Notes: generated from the sequence alone by a model not told the origin. Counted from the whole stretch's first letter, positions 46,001 to 57,826 are shown. The stretch: DNA of 63,848 nt, filler included, from Aduncisulcus paluster (GCA_024181965.1; 10 parts of 10 records of this genome joined end to end with filler, not necessarily neighbours in it); one strand, 5' to 3'. Translations and numbers: made by a program.

Positions 46001-49000
46001 CGAAGGGAAAGGGTCTTATCAACAATTAAACTTCACAGACAATCTTCCATGCCCTCCATTAAACAATCCTCAACGCACTCGCAAAGTGAATTATCTGATA
46101 TTGATATTATTCCAGGTCCTCTCAACCTCTCTCTAACTCCAACCCCCATTCTTCCCCCTGACTCTGAACATCTAAAAATAGACCAGTCTAAAATTAGCAC
46201 ATCTCTTGTTTCTCATCCCACATCGTATCTTCATTTCATTTCCATCCCTTCCGCCCTTTTTTCCGTGACTTGGGTAAATTCCCTCCAAAACACATCATTC
46301 TTTCCAATCAACCAGATTTAATGGTGGAATATTCAAATAAGAGTTCAAATATTATTTCTCCAATTAAAATTATCGATTTTTCATTCGATCATTANNNNNN
46401 NNNNNNNNNNNNNNAGGAAAGAAAGAAGGAAAGAAAGAAGAAGATACAAAGAAAATCAGCAAATATTCAACAGATAGAAAGGCCCAAGAAATGACTGATT
46501 CAGAGTCGACTTCCAATAGCTCAAGTGTTTTCTTCCGTCACCGTAGAGATTTGAGTCAGAAATGTGTTGTTGGAGTTGTTGATGATGGATGTACGTTTAA
46601 AGTTATGTACAATGTATCAGAGATTAATTCTGAACCCGCTGTTATTTCCTCTCTTCATCTCCCTCTCCTCTCTTCCCCTTCTGCTGTTCTCTTACATCCA
46701 CACACACACACTCTTATAGTCGCAGCTGGGAAAAGTATCATTGTGCTCACCCGAGAGATCACTAGAGATCCTTTCCATATTGATACTCGTGATAACCCTT
46801 CATCAATTGTGCTTAATCGTCATGCCGGTGAGTTTGTATGTGTGTGCGGTGAACATGGACGGGTGTTTGATGCCAATAGTGGGATCCAAACCAGACGGAT
46901 CCTATTCCCTAACTCTGTGTGTATGCTTTCTCTGGATGATCGTGGAAGAAAACTATTTGCATGCGACACGAAGGGATTTGTTCACTGTTATAATTTTAAT
47001 ACAGGAGGGTACATGGGATTCTATTGTGAAGAAGAGGCTATTGAGCAGGCCACGACTGGTGAAGAGGAGAAACCTGATGACGAAATGCGTCCTGCTCACA
47101 AAGGAGAAGTATCTGTTTGTGTATGTAAAAACGGGCTGTTGTTCACTGGTGGAAACGATGGTGTTATTAAAATATGGGATGAAGGGGAGAAGACGCTCGA
47201 ACGGGTGTTGAAACTTCCAGATAAGACAGAGGGCGAGGCAAGAAGAGAAGCCATTATGAAACAAGGGAGAGAAGATCATGCAGCTGATGATGTTCCACTA
47301 AGTCCCTTGTCTGGTAGCCATCTGGCAGCCTCCAAGAGAACAGGTTCCATAAAGCATGGGCAAAAACGGACAAATAACACAGCTTCCAATACTGGGTCCT
47401 TGGTAAAACCTCCCTCTTCTTCCGTGGACTCACAGATCAAACCTGGTGATCCAGATAGCAGTCATTTAATCCCTACAGAAACCAAACGTGGAGTTCGTTT
47501 GCCAGACCCCAAGAGTCGCTCCAAGCTTGAAACCAGTGGTGGATATGCTAAAGATTCCACGTCCCCCAATACGACATCTGAAGCAAATAATCCAAATAGA
47601 GAAGAAGTCTTGTTCAAATCTCTTAAACAAATTGTGACAGCTATTTATGTATCAACTAACCTTCATTTAGTAGCTATCGGCACAAGCACAAGTGATATAT
47701 ACGTTTGGGACTACCATAATGGATCTCTTGATGTATGGTGTGTCCATCCACACGATCATTCTCTCTTCACACCTGAAATCACGACTGTAACTATCCTTGA
47801 CCCATATCCTGTTTTAGTGTCTTGTGATGCATGTGGGAAAGTTTGCATGTGGACATTGCGTCCCTGTGCTCTACGAGGTCTCCTATTGACATCCTTTGAC
47901 TTGTCCACACTCTCGCACGCCAATGTCGGACAAATCATCGAAACACACGAAAGTCTTCGTAGAGAGAAAAGTGTGCTGAAAGTACAAAGAATCGGAGGGA
48001 TGTTAAAGAATGCGCTTAAAGATGGTCTTGGCAAGAGACCTCCGACGCGACTTGTCCCACCTCGTGGTGTTGCAGAGGCTATTGTTGTTGCCAATGCTGC
48101 CGTGGGCACTGATATTGATGGTGATCAATTCTTTTCGACCATTTCTGATGTTTTGTGCGGTAAGTTGGATCGTTTGCCAAGTGAACGGAGGAAAAGGAAG
48201 AGACTTTATACAGCTTCAATTGAAACCCAACTTCGACACGCCGGTTACAATCCATCATCATTATATGTGAGAAACAAGGAGGATATGACGAGAGCCAATG
48301 TCAACTGTATATCAAGTTCAGTATTTGATAACAAAAATCAAGTATTATTCCTTGCTGATGATTGTGGTTATATATATGGTATCGCAATGAGAGTATTTTT
48401 TAGAATTATCAATCTGGTTCCTGCTAAGTGGGTCAGACGAAGGAAAGTTAGTTATAACATTCTCAATCTCACGTTTGTTGGAACACAGAATCTAATTGAC
48501 ACCCCAACTTCTTCTCAAGTACCTTTATTTATGTGGTCCAAGTGGCATGCACATTGTGATTCCATTAGTTGTCTTGAATTCGCATCCCCCGAACGCACTC
48601 TCATTTCTTGTGGTCTTGATCGTCGGGCCCATTTGTGGCACACTAATGGAGATATTGTTGGATCTTTCCATCAAGGTTATTCGAATTTGAAGAATAGATT
48701 GTTAAAAAAAGATAGATCGAAGGCAAAAGATCTCTTGAAGAAAAGAGAGGAAGAAGTCAGCAATAAGAGATCCCAAGGTGAGAAATTGAAAAAATCCATA
48801 CAAAAACTTACCTTGAAGGCAGCAGAGAAAATATCTTCCCATGATGTTCCTCAAGTAGATGATAAATTGGAGCAAGATGATGTTTTTATAACATCCGTTG
48901 ATACTTCCGTGAAATGTGATCCACCTCCCCCCACACCTGGAGACTCCAAGAATGTTGGAGATAAGCGATACAAAGCTCAAGCAATCGAATGGTGTTTCGA

Positions 49001-49493
49001 ACCTTTCCGAGAAGACATTGTTCATGCAGAGAAAGAGCTTCGTGATACAGCTTTGTCATATTATAAAGCAAAACCATCACTAACCCCAGTTCCTAAACAT
49101 TCTCAAGATCTATTTTTACAAACTTTACATGAACCTACTATTACTCCACACATTGATCCAAGTATGGGAAAAGCTGATCAAGCTACCCTATTGTTTTTAA
49201 CAAACCCCGATTTGAATAGTTTTATGAAAGAAACGCCTGAGAAACTTGAAGAAAAAGCTTTGTCATATCGAGAGAAAAAAGGACATATCCATACAGAATT
49301 AGGCGGTGTGTCACCTTCATTTGACATGATATTGATGCAAAGGGTTGAAAATCACCGGAAAAAACGTTTTCACTCGATGGAAAATAAGCAAGTTCAACAA
49401 TTGATTTTATCGGGAAAACATATGCCAAAACCCCCAAAGACCAAAAAAAAGAAATCTCCAAAAGAAAGAAATGGAAGAAATCCCTCCAAATAG
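43053..49493 (+). CDS. EF-hand plus WD40 protein (WDR49/EFCAB8/WDR64-like); intron 43087-43192; misassembled at 45976-46840
   Basis: LFAEIDVNGDGTMEWEEL EF-hand and multiple WD repeats. The two ORFs overlap through a duplicated segment. Confidence 0.8.
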
Positions 49494-50580
49494 ATTATAG
49501 TGTATATCACACACAAATTTTTATCAATATATCATTTTATTTATTATTATTATTTTATTCTCCACATCTAAGACTGATAATCAGTCACTGATTGTTGATA
49601 TTCAGTTTTGGTGAAATAGAGTTCTAATCTCGGTTTTTAAAACTCATTCATCCTTCTCTTAGTAAGTTATTTTGTGACATCAATAAACTCCACAACAAAA
49701 CAAAACCGTGGTACTACCATTGAATAGTATTCAATAGCACATGGAAAAAGTACGATGTTTTGGAAGATCGTGTGTCAGATTATTCCTGAAAAAGTAACAT
49801 ATGAAATCGTTATTTTAAATAAGGCATTTTATTTTTAATATTATGATCCAAATCTTTGAACCTAACATTTTTCTGGCAAAGTTGACGTTTTATTCTTAGA
49901 TGATCAAGAAATAGAAAAGTTTAACCTGAAAAGTTACCCTCTTCCTTAATTCCCTATGCAGATTACGATGTATTAGACGTTCCAGGTACAAAAGGCCGAT
50001 GCTTTCTTCACGTTTGCAACTTGCAACTGTCATTGAATGACTCATCGGGAATCGGGCCGATAATAGAACAAGGAATAACAGAAGCACGCATTTATTATAA
50101 TTACCCATAATAATTTTTGCAAACCGTAATAAAAACACATATATATAGAATCTACATGAAGGACATCTTAAGGAAAAACTCAACACAACAGAAAACATAA
50201 AAGTTGAGAAATATGAGAATAGTGATCATTTTCTCCGTTTTAGTTGACTCGAAAAAGCAACTAACCGATCTAATAGGCCATCTTCTTGGAGAGATGCATG
50301 ATACCGACATTTATGAGCCTCACTTGCGATATGTTTTGCATAATGTGAATATTCTTCCCGACATACGGAGCAATATCCGCTTGTCGTATCNNNNNNNNNN
50401 NNNNNNNNNNGCCGATAATAGAACAAGGAATAACAGAAGCACGCATTTATTATAATTACCCATAATAATTTTTGCAAACCGTAATAAAAACACATATATA
50501 TAGAAGCTACATGAAGGACATCTTAAGGAAAAACTCAACACAACAGAAAACATAAAAGTTGAGAAATATGAGAATAGTGA

Positions 50581-51675
50581 TCATTTTCTCCGTTTTAGTT
50601 GACTCGAAAAAGCAACTAACCGATCTAATAGGCCATCTTCTTGGAGAGCTGCATGATACCGACATTTATGAGCCTCACTTGCGATATGTTTTGCATAATG
50701 TGAATATTCTTCCCGACATACGGAGCAATATCCGCTTGTCGTATCTTCTTTTAATGATGTATGCCGATATTTATCCCCATTCATACCTCCACTTAAACTC
50801 ACCTTTGCCATACTTCGAAGTTTTCCGGGAGCAACCTGCCGAGCAGACACAGACCTCACAAGCTCAGTTAAATGGGATCTATACATGGTTGAAAGATGCC
50901 GAATAGCCTCAAGATCGGTTCCTTTTGCCTTGATCTTACCTTCATTTCTGATAACACGTTGAGTTTCCTGCAAAGCAAGACGATAGGCCTCCACAACGCA
51001 TTGATATGATGGAAGAAATAGTGCAGGCGTTAGCGTATCTCCATGAATTATTCTTCTTGGCACTCGGGTAAGGGTTAAATCGGTAGTATAAGCTAATCGA
51101 CAGTCATCAACATAATACCATGGTAAAAGAGGAGATTCACAGACAGGAGGAATGTTTTGGTCAAGAACATAGAAATTAGGATACTTTGCATAAACAACTG
51201 GCGGAGAGAACCCTTTGCGAGGTCTAGAGATGGCGTGGAAATCAGAAATAAAACTTAATGGGGCGTATCTATGCCCACTATCCTGAATATGTATAACAGT
51301 ATCTTGTTTTGAGACGTCATCATAAATCATATACATTCCTTTCCTACGGCGTAAATCCTTAGTTCTAGTAATAACAAGATTGACAGATCTCACAATAGCT
51401 TTTCTAGTAACATATTTACAACGTGTATCTGGTGGTAGCATATGGTCTTTCGGAGGATTTTCAGGATCCGAGCATACACAGAAAAAACTATATGGTTTTC
51501 CGGCTTGCGTTCTTTTATATAGCCAATATTCTTCTTTTCGAGTGAATACATGAATCTTTTTACCTCGTAACTTCTCTACTAAACGAGCCACTTTCTCCGG
51601 TTTGTCAGCTCCAGGCATAACGTAAACAGCGAAGTTCTCACATAAATCGGGCAAAGTTGTTGGCTCAAACGACAT
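50581..51675 (-). CDS. Dbf4-like protein (C-terminal DBF zinc finger)
   Basis: GYCSVCREEYSHYAKHIASEAH zinc finger and a motif-M-like IHIQDSGHRYAPL. Confidence 0.7.
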   Translation of the reverse strand: MSFEPTTLPDLCENFAVYVMPGADKPEKVARLVEKLRGKKIHVFTRKEEYWLYKRTQAGKPYSFFCVCSDPENPPKDHMLPPDTRCKYVTRKAIVRSVNLVITRTKDLRRRKGMYMIYDDVSKQDTVIHIQDSGHRYAPLSFISDFHAISRPRKGFSPPVVYAKYPNFYVLDQNIPPVCESPLLPWYYVDDCRLAYTTDLTLTRVPRRIIHGDTLTPALFLPSYQCVVEAYRLALQETQRVIRNEGKIKAKGTDLEAIRHLSTMYRSHLTELVRSVSARQVAPGKLRSMAKVSLSGGMNGDKYRHTSLKEDTTSGYCSVCREEYSHYAKHIASEAHKCRYHAALQEDGLLDRLVAFSSQLKRRK

Positions 51676-52207
51676 ATATTATTTCTTGAAATATAAAATA
51701 GTATCTTGATGTGTTGGATAGTGCCAAAACAAAACTGATAATGTCAATTTCTGACATGATTATTAAAATATCAATGAACCAGTATTTTGCAATTGTTAAT
51801 GGAGTAAGGAAAGGGTTCATTCTATCCAATTCCCTGCTAAATTTAAGATACTGATGATAACTTCAAAAAATTCCTACCCGAACAAGAGGTTATTTTGATT
51901 TATAGATTCCACCATTTCAGAAAATAATGATGTTTATTGATCAATAATCGTAATTTTCAACATGGATTCCATGAACTCGTTTTGAAAGCCATCTCCAGCT
52001 CCAAGAGGTATTGTTTTATGTATATGTGGAAATTGATCATTAATTAGAGTTATATGTTTTTTTTAGGGCATTATCATCTGGTAAGAAGGTTAACTCTCTG
52101 ATTACTACACCTTCCAAGAGTTTCTCAACCTTATTCAACAACCTTAAATTTCTAGTGATTTGCATTTCTTCTCCTTTTGCGTTCAAAGACACTTTCTAGA
52201 TAATATA

Positions 52208-52481
52208 ATGTTGTTAAAGAAGTGTACTCATTGTAAACAATATACTATTAGTGAGAAATGTCCAAAATGTGGTAATGCTGCGGTTTCTGCCCATCCTGGT
52301 ATGTAGCTTTTGATCCATGTTGTTTTGTTTAGAATATCAATGACGCCTTATTTTTGTAATTTTTTTGTCCGTTTCTCATCTTGTTTGTTGTTTATTTTTG
52401 AATATAGCTCGTTTCTCACCAGATGATAGAAATTCCGAGGATAGAATTGAATTTAAACGCCGATTCGGTCAACTTCCTTAA
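52208..52481 (+). CDS. NOP10: H/ACA snoRNP protein Nop10, 54 aa; exons 52208-52298 and 52408-52481
   Basis: Spliced product MLLKKCTHCKQYTISEKCPKCGNAAVSAHPARFSPDDRNSEDRIEFKRRFGQLP. The intron is 109 nt, GTATGT...ATAG. Confidence 0.95.
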
Positions 52482-52734
52482 TTTTATTTTAAATAATTTT
52501 ACATAATATTCCCATATATCACTAACATTCCAAAAAGCAAAATTTCTCACTGTTAAGCATTTCTAGTAAAACTGTCACATAACAATAATATATTTCTTGC
52601 ATTGATTTTGTTGTTATTCTTTGAGATGTTGGTAAATTTCTTTTTCTAGAAAAGGAACTTGCGTCTTTTCAAAAACATGATTTGGCCAGCTACAATAGGA
52701 TTGTCAACAATTTTTAAAACAGTTATTTTCAAAA

Positions 52735-53991
52735 ATGAGTGATTATGTATCCTTTGTAAAAGGTAAATTTGAACATAGGGATAGTATTGACGAGCACAGC
52801 GATCTCATTTCTCATGAAGTATCTCAACATGGCCAATCTGGCCTTCAAGAGGATGATCTTATTCCTATCGAGGAAGAATCATACTCAAAAAAATGTCTCA
52901 TTGTGTCCGCTTCAATAATATTTGGATCTATCTTCATATTTATTATTATTGTCTGTTGCGTCACTTTGATCCACCCCCCAAAAAATACATTTTCTGATAT
53001 TACTTGTATACGTGATCAGAATGATCCATGGTTAGAAAAAGGTGCTTTATCTAGTGTATATGACTATAATTATAATTCTGCATATTTCGATCTCGCAGAT
53101 GGTTCCCATGCAATTGCTGTCCGAGTTCAAAACCAAGATTCAACGCAAGAGGATTCTTGGGATGTTCTTCCATCATTGATTGCACTTTCTACAAGTTCTG
53201 ATAATTCTATTTTGAAATCGTGGTCCAGAATTTCTTCTGACAGTGTTATCATGACTCCTGATGATGCAACTGACAGTATTGGTGGATGTGAAGATCCTAG
53301 AATCCTTTGGGTCGAATCTGAAAAGCTTTATTTCATGTTCTACACGGCTGTTACATATGCCGATGAAGCCCAGACTCAACTAGTTCCTCATCTTGCTCTG
53401 GCGACATCTGATGATGGCCGCGACTGGGATTACCAGGGCTATCTGTTCCCTGATGAAGCGGATAGTAAGAGCGGTGCTCTTATCGTTCTGGATGAGCCCA
53501 GAGATGATGGAACAGTTGGTCTCCTTTTGTGGGGTGATTCAAGCATCCGTGTCGCCACAACCACGGACTTTTACAATTATGTCAATACCGGACAAGTCCT
53601 CATCGCTCCTCGTGACGGGGAATGGGATGGTCAACTTGTTGAGAGTGGTCCTCCCCCTTTCCGTTTGAAGGATGGAAATTATCTTTTCTTCTATAATTCG
53701 GCTCAACAGGATGGAGAAACCATTAAACCTGGATATACACTCCAATATCATGTTGGTTATGTTATTCTCGATGGAACAACGCCTGAGACAGTCTTAAAAC
53801 GATCCGATTCGCCCCTTTTGTCTCCTGACCTTGATTGGGAAAGCTGTAACAGTTCTGATGATGTGACACTGACCCCAAGAGTGGTATTTACTGAAGGAGG
53901 ATATGTTATCGACGAAAATACTATCAATTTAGTATACCAGGGATGTGATGTGGCAACAAACTCAATGACTTGTACAATTGAATGGGTTTAA
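52735..53991 (+). CDS. GH130-like beta-mannosidase/mannoside phosphorylase with an N-terminal transmembrane anchor
   Basis: GCEDPRI, FYTA, SKSGAL, VESGPPP and VVFTEG motifs; hydrophobic helix at about aa 55-79. Confidence 0.85.
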   Translation: MSDYVSFVKGKFEHRDSIDEHSDLISHEVSQHGQSGLQEDDLIPIEEESYSKKCLIVSASIIFGSIFIFIIIVCCVTLIHPPKNTFSDITCIRDQNDPWLEKGALSSVYDYNYNSAYFDLADGSHAIAVRVQNQDSTQEDSWDVLPSLIALSTSSDNSILKSWSRISSDSVIMTPDDATDSIGGCEDPRILWVESEKLYFMFYTAVTYADEAQTQLVPHLALATSDDGRDWDYQGYLFPDEADSKSGALIVLDEPRDDGTVGLLLWGDSSIRVATTTDFYNYVNTGQVLIAPRDGEWDGQLVESGPPPFRLKDGNYLFFYNSAQQDGETIKPGYTLQYHVGYVILDGTTPETVLKRSDSPLLSPDLDWESCNSSDDVTLTPRVVFTEGGYVIDENTINLVYQGCDVATNSMTCTIEWV

Positions 53992-54403
53992 TTAGAGAAG
54001 GTGAATTATTGCTCCTTCTTGCTAAAAGAACATGAGAATGTTCTGTGTTTTTATATTTCGTTATTTCGGATTTAAATTAAAAATCCTTGTTCATGTATTC
54101 GATAATTTTTTTTTTTTCATAAATTTGATTTAATAAATCAATTCACAATAAAAAGTTGAACTCTTTTGAGCTTAAGTTGATGTCAAAAGCAATTAGGCAA
54201 AAGAGAATATATTGAAAAAATGTAATAAAACAACTTGTTTGGATCCAGTCAAGATATTGAATAATCAGCCAAAAAGCACGAATAATATTATACGCACATT
54301 AACTACCATTTTGAAAAATAAAATAATAGTTGAAAGATATTCTCCAACAAGACAAAAAAGAGAAATCAGAGGTTTAACAAAAATAATTTCAATCGAATAT
54401 GAT

Positions 54404-55534
54404 TTATTCAGCTATTTTCTTGACTATTTCACTTTCAAGGCCAGCTTGACAAACAATAGTGGCACACTTCATAGCACAATGCCCAGCAACAATAGAATCA
54501 AGAAGATCACCACCACAAATGATATCCTCACAAAGGAAACTCGTACACACGGCATCCTTGATGGCATCTTGGACAGCATATTCTGGCGTGATTGTGACGC
54601 ATAAATTGCCCTCAATGGCTTTTCCACCAATCTTACCCATCATCTCTTTTCTGAGCTCAGCATTATAGACATGACTCATATCAGGGAATCTAACGCCAAA
54701 TACTTCCTCATTTTCCCCTCTTAGAGGATTATCTCCACTGACATTCACAATATCTTTTCCGAATATGCACATATCCTTGATACGTCGACTGCCAGTGACA
54801 AAGACTATATCCTTGGCCTTTCCCATACACACGGCACGAACATACATGCATTGTTCAGTCATACTCACATCGCCATGGCCACAAGAGAACCTCTCGATGA
54901 GAATGCAATCGCCAACAACAGTGGGCTTACTCGGAGGATGATGACAGACATTCTGTTTGATAATGATACGCTTTCCCTTCACAGAGCATCCGCAAGCATC
55001 TTCAATATTCTTGAGAACAGCCATTGCTTCCTCTTCTGTTCCATGAGAGGGGTTAAAGAGTTCGTATTGAGAAGCCTTGGTGCCACGGAGGTGATCCTTC
55101 CATTCGGCAGCCTCTTCTTCTCTTACTTCTTGAAGAGCAACGGCAGATTTGACCAAATCAGAGCATTTAGATAAGCGTTCGAGTGCTTCAGCAACCTTAT
55201 CAACAGGGGCAATGAAATGAGGGACTCCCAAAGCTCCCTCACTGACGATATAAGCACTGATGGACACTCCTGCAGAACAACACACACCCATGCACTTGGC
55301 CATGTTCTCCATGAATGGGTGTCTTACATGAGGGGCTGAATACGCGAGACAACAATGTTTTTTGACACAAGCATCAATATCTACAGGAGTTGTTGATTTG
55401 CATGACAAAGCTGATAACTTAAGCTCATCCATGGTGTTGAGCAGAGTTTTCTTGCGAGTGGCACTCATCATACGTCCTATGCAACGTTCTCCAGTGAGGT
55501 TAATCACCCAAGGAAGCAGAGAGGAGATTGAGCA
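54404..55534 (-). CDS. Partial hypothetical protein, weakly chaperonin (TCP-1/BBS)-like
   Basis: About 370-aa open frame with degenerate HP and DAIKDAV...IICGG motifs. The family call is weak. Confidence 0.55.
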   Translation of the reverse strand, partial: CSISSLLPWVINLTGERCIGRMMSATRKKTLLNTMDELKLSALSCKSTTPVDIDACVKKHCCLAYSAPHVRHPFMENMAKCMGVCCSAGVSISAYIVSEGALGVPHFIAPVDKVAEALERLSKCSDLVKSAVALQEVREEEAAEWKDHLRGTKASQYELFNPSHGTEEEAMAVLKNIEDACGCSVKGKRIIIKQNVCHHPPSKPTVVGDCILIERFSCGHGDVSMTEQCMYVRAVCMGKAKDIVFVTGSRRIKDMCIFGKDIVNVSGDNPLRGENEEVFGVRFPDMSHVYNAELRKEMMGKIGGKAIEGNLCVTITPEYAVQDAIKDAVCTSFLCEDIICGGDLLDSIVAGHCAMKCATIVCQAGLESEIVKKIAE

Positions 55535-55635
55535 NNNNNNNNNNNNNNNNNNNNNNNNNNNNNNNNNNNNNNNNNNNNTTAATTAATTAANNNNNNNNNN
55601 NNNNNNNNNNNNNNNNNNNNNNNNNNNNNNNNNNT

Positions 55636-57585
55636 AGCAAAGTTGGTCATGAAATGAAACGTGACCAACAAACATCTTCCTCACTTTCAGAGGACATTGC
55701 TATTTTTAGAGATTTGAGGCACACAACAAAACAATGTACCCTTGATGGATATCATTGTTATATGGTTGATTTGCTTGGATCAACTCTTCGTCGCAGAGAG
55801 ATTCAACATCCTTTTCGACATGATATGGGTCCGATGGTATTTCTTGATCAATCAACTCTCGAGGAAAGTCCCCAATTTAAACGGCTTCAAAAGCAAGTCA
55901 AAGATGGATTTGATGAGAAAGGAAATGTCATTTCAAAGGAAAAGGTGAAAGAAATGAAAAAAGAACTGAAAAAGAAAAAGAAAGAATTGAAACGTCGCAA
56001 GAAATCGCATCACATACATAAACATATGAAAGATTCGTATTCATCACGTAAATATAGACATGGAACGCATTCTTCCGAAAAAGAAAAGGAGGAAGACGAG
56101 AGAGAGGAGGAAGAAGAGGAGGAAGAAGAAGAAGAAGAGGAGGAGGAAAAAGAAGAAGAGGAGGAAGAAGAGGAGGAAGAAGAAGAGGAGGAGGAAGAAG
56201 AAGAGGAGGAGGAGGAAGAGAGAGAGTTGGGGGAAGATGTGAATGGATCTTCGTCTCGAGATCTTAAGGAAGAGATTAGAAGACATGAATATGGTGAACG
56301 AAGAGGTATTGTATATGAATCCGATGATACTTCAAAACATCGAAAATATATCCATACTCATGTTCGGCCAGAGATGATTGATTTAGCATATGAAGATAGT
56401 GAGAGGGCAATAGATACATTCGAACTTGCTGCTGACTCCATATCTTCAGCTTCATCGGATAAACGGTCGCCATCATCGGCCAGTTCAACGGCCAGTTCAA
56501 CGGTCAGTTCAACGGCTAGCTCTACGATTGAAAATAGTACCAAAGATGATCATGCTGACGAGAAAGGTGGTCAAAGTAATGACTTTACTCGTGACTTTTC
56601 GGGTTCAGGTTCTTCAGTTAAGAGTGAACAGCAACTTATTGATGATGTGAAATCAGAAACATCAAAGAAAGACAAAGAACCTTTTGTCGAAGAACCATGT
56701 GATGATTCTGTGTTGCATCCCGGTGAACAAGAAATCTTCAACGTGAAAGAGGATCCCCTTGATGCTTCGACTCGAACAGCAGCTATTTTTAGACCTCTTG
56801 AGTACACAGAACTCGGTCTTGCTCTTGGTCCAACATCTCCTTCCCAAGATGAGAAGCAACATACACACTCACATTCGTTGCATAAAAAATCTAAATCCAA
56901 ACATCGTTCACTCGTCTCTCTTGATGAAATTAGCGATTTTGTTTTACCCTCCTCTATGTATCTCAAGAATTTAGATCGTTTCGCGGCAAAACAAGAACGT
57001 ATCAAGGATGAAAAAATTCATGAGGGAATTGCTGATACTCTTCTTGATGATAAAGATGTTTCTTCTGACTCATTTTGTTCACCAACTCCTTGTCATCACG
57101 ATGCAGATTGCCGAAGGGCTTTGAAGGAAGTGCAACAAGAGGAAGAGAAGAGTGTATGGAAACGGTCTGTCGTTCGAGCATTTATTCCACTTCCTGTTGA
57201 AAAAGTCATTGATCGACCCTTAAAAATGCGAATGTGGTTGTGTGATAAATATCCACTGAAATCAATTCATTTGGCACAATTATTGGGTGTCTTTAAACAG
57301 AGAATTAGTGTCGCGAAGAAATTATCAGAAATATTAATGATTAGAGAACTTGAACAATTGGGATTCCCAGTGAAGTGCCGGTTTCCTCTTTTCAGTGGGA
57401 TTTCAGCGACTACAGCTTTTAGGGATATTCATACATTGGATTCTCATATCTTACCAAATGGATCAACCTTTGAGGAATTTGCATTCGCTCCTTCAGATTA
57501 TGTGAAATTGAATGAAGAAGATTTCTTTAGGCAATTAATGCAAACAGGGAAAAAGACCAAGTATGAGCTCAAGGAGGGTGGTTGA
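55636..57585 (+). CDS. Partial ANKRD13-family protein (C-terminal domain)
   Basis: MWLCDKYPL and LGFPVKCRFPLFSGISATTAF motifs, ending APSDY; long acidic insert. Confidence 0.8.
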   Translation, partial: SKVGHEMKRDQQTSSSLSEDIAIFRDLRHTTKQCTLDGYHCYMVDLLGSTLRRREIQHPFRHDMGPMVFLDQSTLEESPQFKRLQKQVKDGFDEKGNVISKEKVKEMKKELKKKKKELKRRKKSHHIHKHMKDSYSSRKYRHGTHSSEKEKEEDEREEEEEEEEEEEEEEEKEEEEEEEEEEEEEEEEEEEEEEERELGEDVNGSSSRDLKEEIRRHEYGERRGIVYESDDTSKHRKYIHTHVRPEMIDLAYEDSERAIDTFELAADSISSASSDKRSPSSASSTASSTVSSTASSTIENSTKDDHADEKGGQSNDFTRDFSGSGSSVKSEQQLIDDVKSETSKKDKEPFVEEPCDDSVLHPGEQEIFNVKEDPLDASTRTAAIFRPLEYTELGLALGPTSPSQDEKQHTHSHSLHKKSKSKHRSLVSLDEISDFVLPSSMYLKNLDRFAAKQERIKDEKIHEGIADTLLDDKDVSSDSFCSPTPCHHDADCRRALKEVQQEEEKSVWKRSVVRAFIPLPVEKVIDRPLKMRMWLCDKYPLKSIHLAQLLGVFKQRISVAKKLSEILMIRELEQLGFPVKCRFPLFSGISATTAFRDIHTLDSHILPNGSTFEEFAFAPSDYVKLNEEDFFRQLMQTGKKTKYELKEGG

Positions 57586-57826
57586 TTTGAAATTCCTTTT
57601 CATTTTATACTCAGATTGTCATTAGAATATATTATTTACAACATGTTATATTGTTACTTTTACTCAGGTTCTCATTATATTTACTCAATATTAGTGTATG
57701 AAATTGTACGTTGGAGTCTCATCTAATTACTAATTAGATTATCTCGTAGATAAGTTTTTTAAAAAAACTTTTTTTTTTTTTTTTTTTTTTTTTTGAAAGA
57801 GAATACCATGGAAATAGTGACCAACT

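Noticed and set aside
45996..46394. Copy of about 39328-39728 inserted in the WD40 gene
   Set aside because: Bounded by N gaps, with duplicated flanks (46415-46840 repeats 45550-45975) and a homopolymer difference. This indicates a scaffolding artefact, not transposition.
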